A program made the position numbers and the translations under genes. The notes below the pieces were generated by a model. It searched no databases and was not told where the DNA came from. It saw only the letters and a program-made list of their open reading frames with translations. A stretch of DNA of 64,000 nt, from positions 23,002,001-23,066,000 of the forward strand of contig NC_043012.1 in assembly GCF_006345805.1 (NCBI RefSeq), given 5' to 3'. The stretch comes from Octopus sinensis (lineage: Eukaryota). Below are positions 63,049-64,000 of the stretch, in pieces. Numbering within the stretch: position 1 is the stretch's first letter; the number at the start of each line of letters is the position of its first letter.

Positions 63049-64000
63049 TTGTTTAGCAACTGAACATTTACTCTCTAGAACCCTATCATGTGACCATTAT
63101 CATTTTTACAATTGCAGACAAGATATAGAAAGTGGACATTAAACGCTAATGATACGTAACCATTCTAAGCAAATGCACAACATGGGTAACTTTCACTACA
63201 TTGCATTATATTCATCACTCAAGAACATTAAATTCCTAGAAAGATCGTAAATGGTCTGTAAAGATTTTTCAGTTAGTAACTATTTTCAGTTAGTATGCAA
63301 TGGTAATGGTCTGTTATTCTTATGTTGAGACCAAAGGATTTTTTTTTCTCTCATGTGTCATCTTTCATAAAATTAGAATTAACAGCTCAATTATATTATC
63401 ACATATGATAGAATCAGGCAAAGATATTTTTTTGTTCCAAGTAACAATTATAAATTGGTAAATAAATGAAAGGAAACCAACAACATTAAAATTGATAAAA
63501 TTAAAATGATAATAGGATAAATATATCTTCAAATTACAAGAGTCTTAGTTTTCTCCCACAAGTACTTCATTGTGCTTACTCCCTCTTGTATAAAAATTCT
63601 AGCTCAAAATGGTAAAGAATAAAGAAGATGAAGAAAGAAAAAAACAAAACAAGAGCAGGAGATAATACCTTTGTAAAACTTATACCAAAGCATCTGTAGT
63701 TGACACAGTACAAATCTCTTGAGTTCTGTCATTGACAAACTATATTATAATTTCATAAAAGAAAGAAAATTCCAGTTACATTATGTAGAGACAGACAAGG
63801 AATCACTCTCTAGAGAAATCAATTCTTAAAATAAAGGGGGGAAAAAAAACTATAAACAAAAGAAAAGAGAAAGCCCCCCCCCTCTTCCTCCAGAAAATAG
63901 CAATATCAAACCTGAATGAAATACTAATACTGGAAGGAAGCCATGCTTAGTGGGACTGAATTTACCACAAGGAAAAGAGAAAGAACGAAAAAGTATTAAG

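Overview
Eukaryotic, AT-rich, almost entirely non-coding window, apparently intronic or intergenic. It is dense in (TA)n, (CA)n, (AAT)n and (CAT)n microsatellites and in interspersed repeats. The repeat landscape (several tRNA-headed SINE families, RTE-clade LINE remnants with (GAT)n tails, DD34E and DD37D Tc1/mariner relics, TTAA-flanked MITEs) resembles what I recall of octopus genomes; the species assignment is inference only. No complete protein-coding gene, rRNA, functional tRNA or CRISPR array is supported, and most listed ORFs are microsatellite or repeat artefacts. One GC-richer candidate exon lies on the minus strand at about 61.76-62.19 kb, and its frame is broken by a single TGA. 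The most notable structures are: (1) an RTE 3'UTR built of ~62-bp stem-loop modules whose copy number and loops vary between copies, including a higher-order (AB)3 array at 47.5-48.1 kb; (2) a decayed minimal hammerhead-ribozyme-like motif in a Penelope-like insert; (3) several local inverted duplications or palindromes; (4) four strong RFX X-box motifs; (5) a 180-bp-period SINE trimer. Family labels A-F are my own working names. I found no strong evidence of a wholly new biological system; the findings are leads to test.
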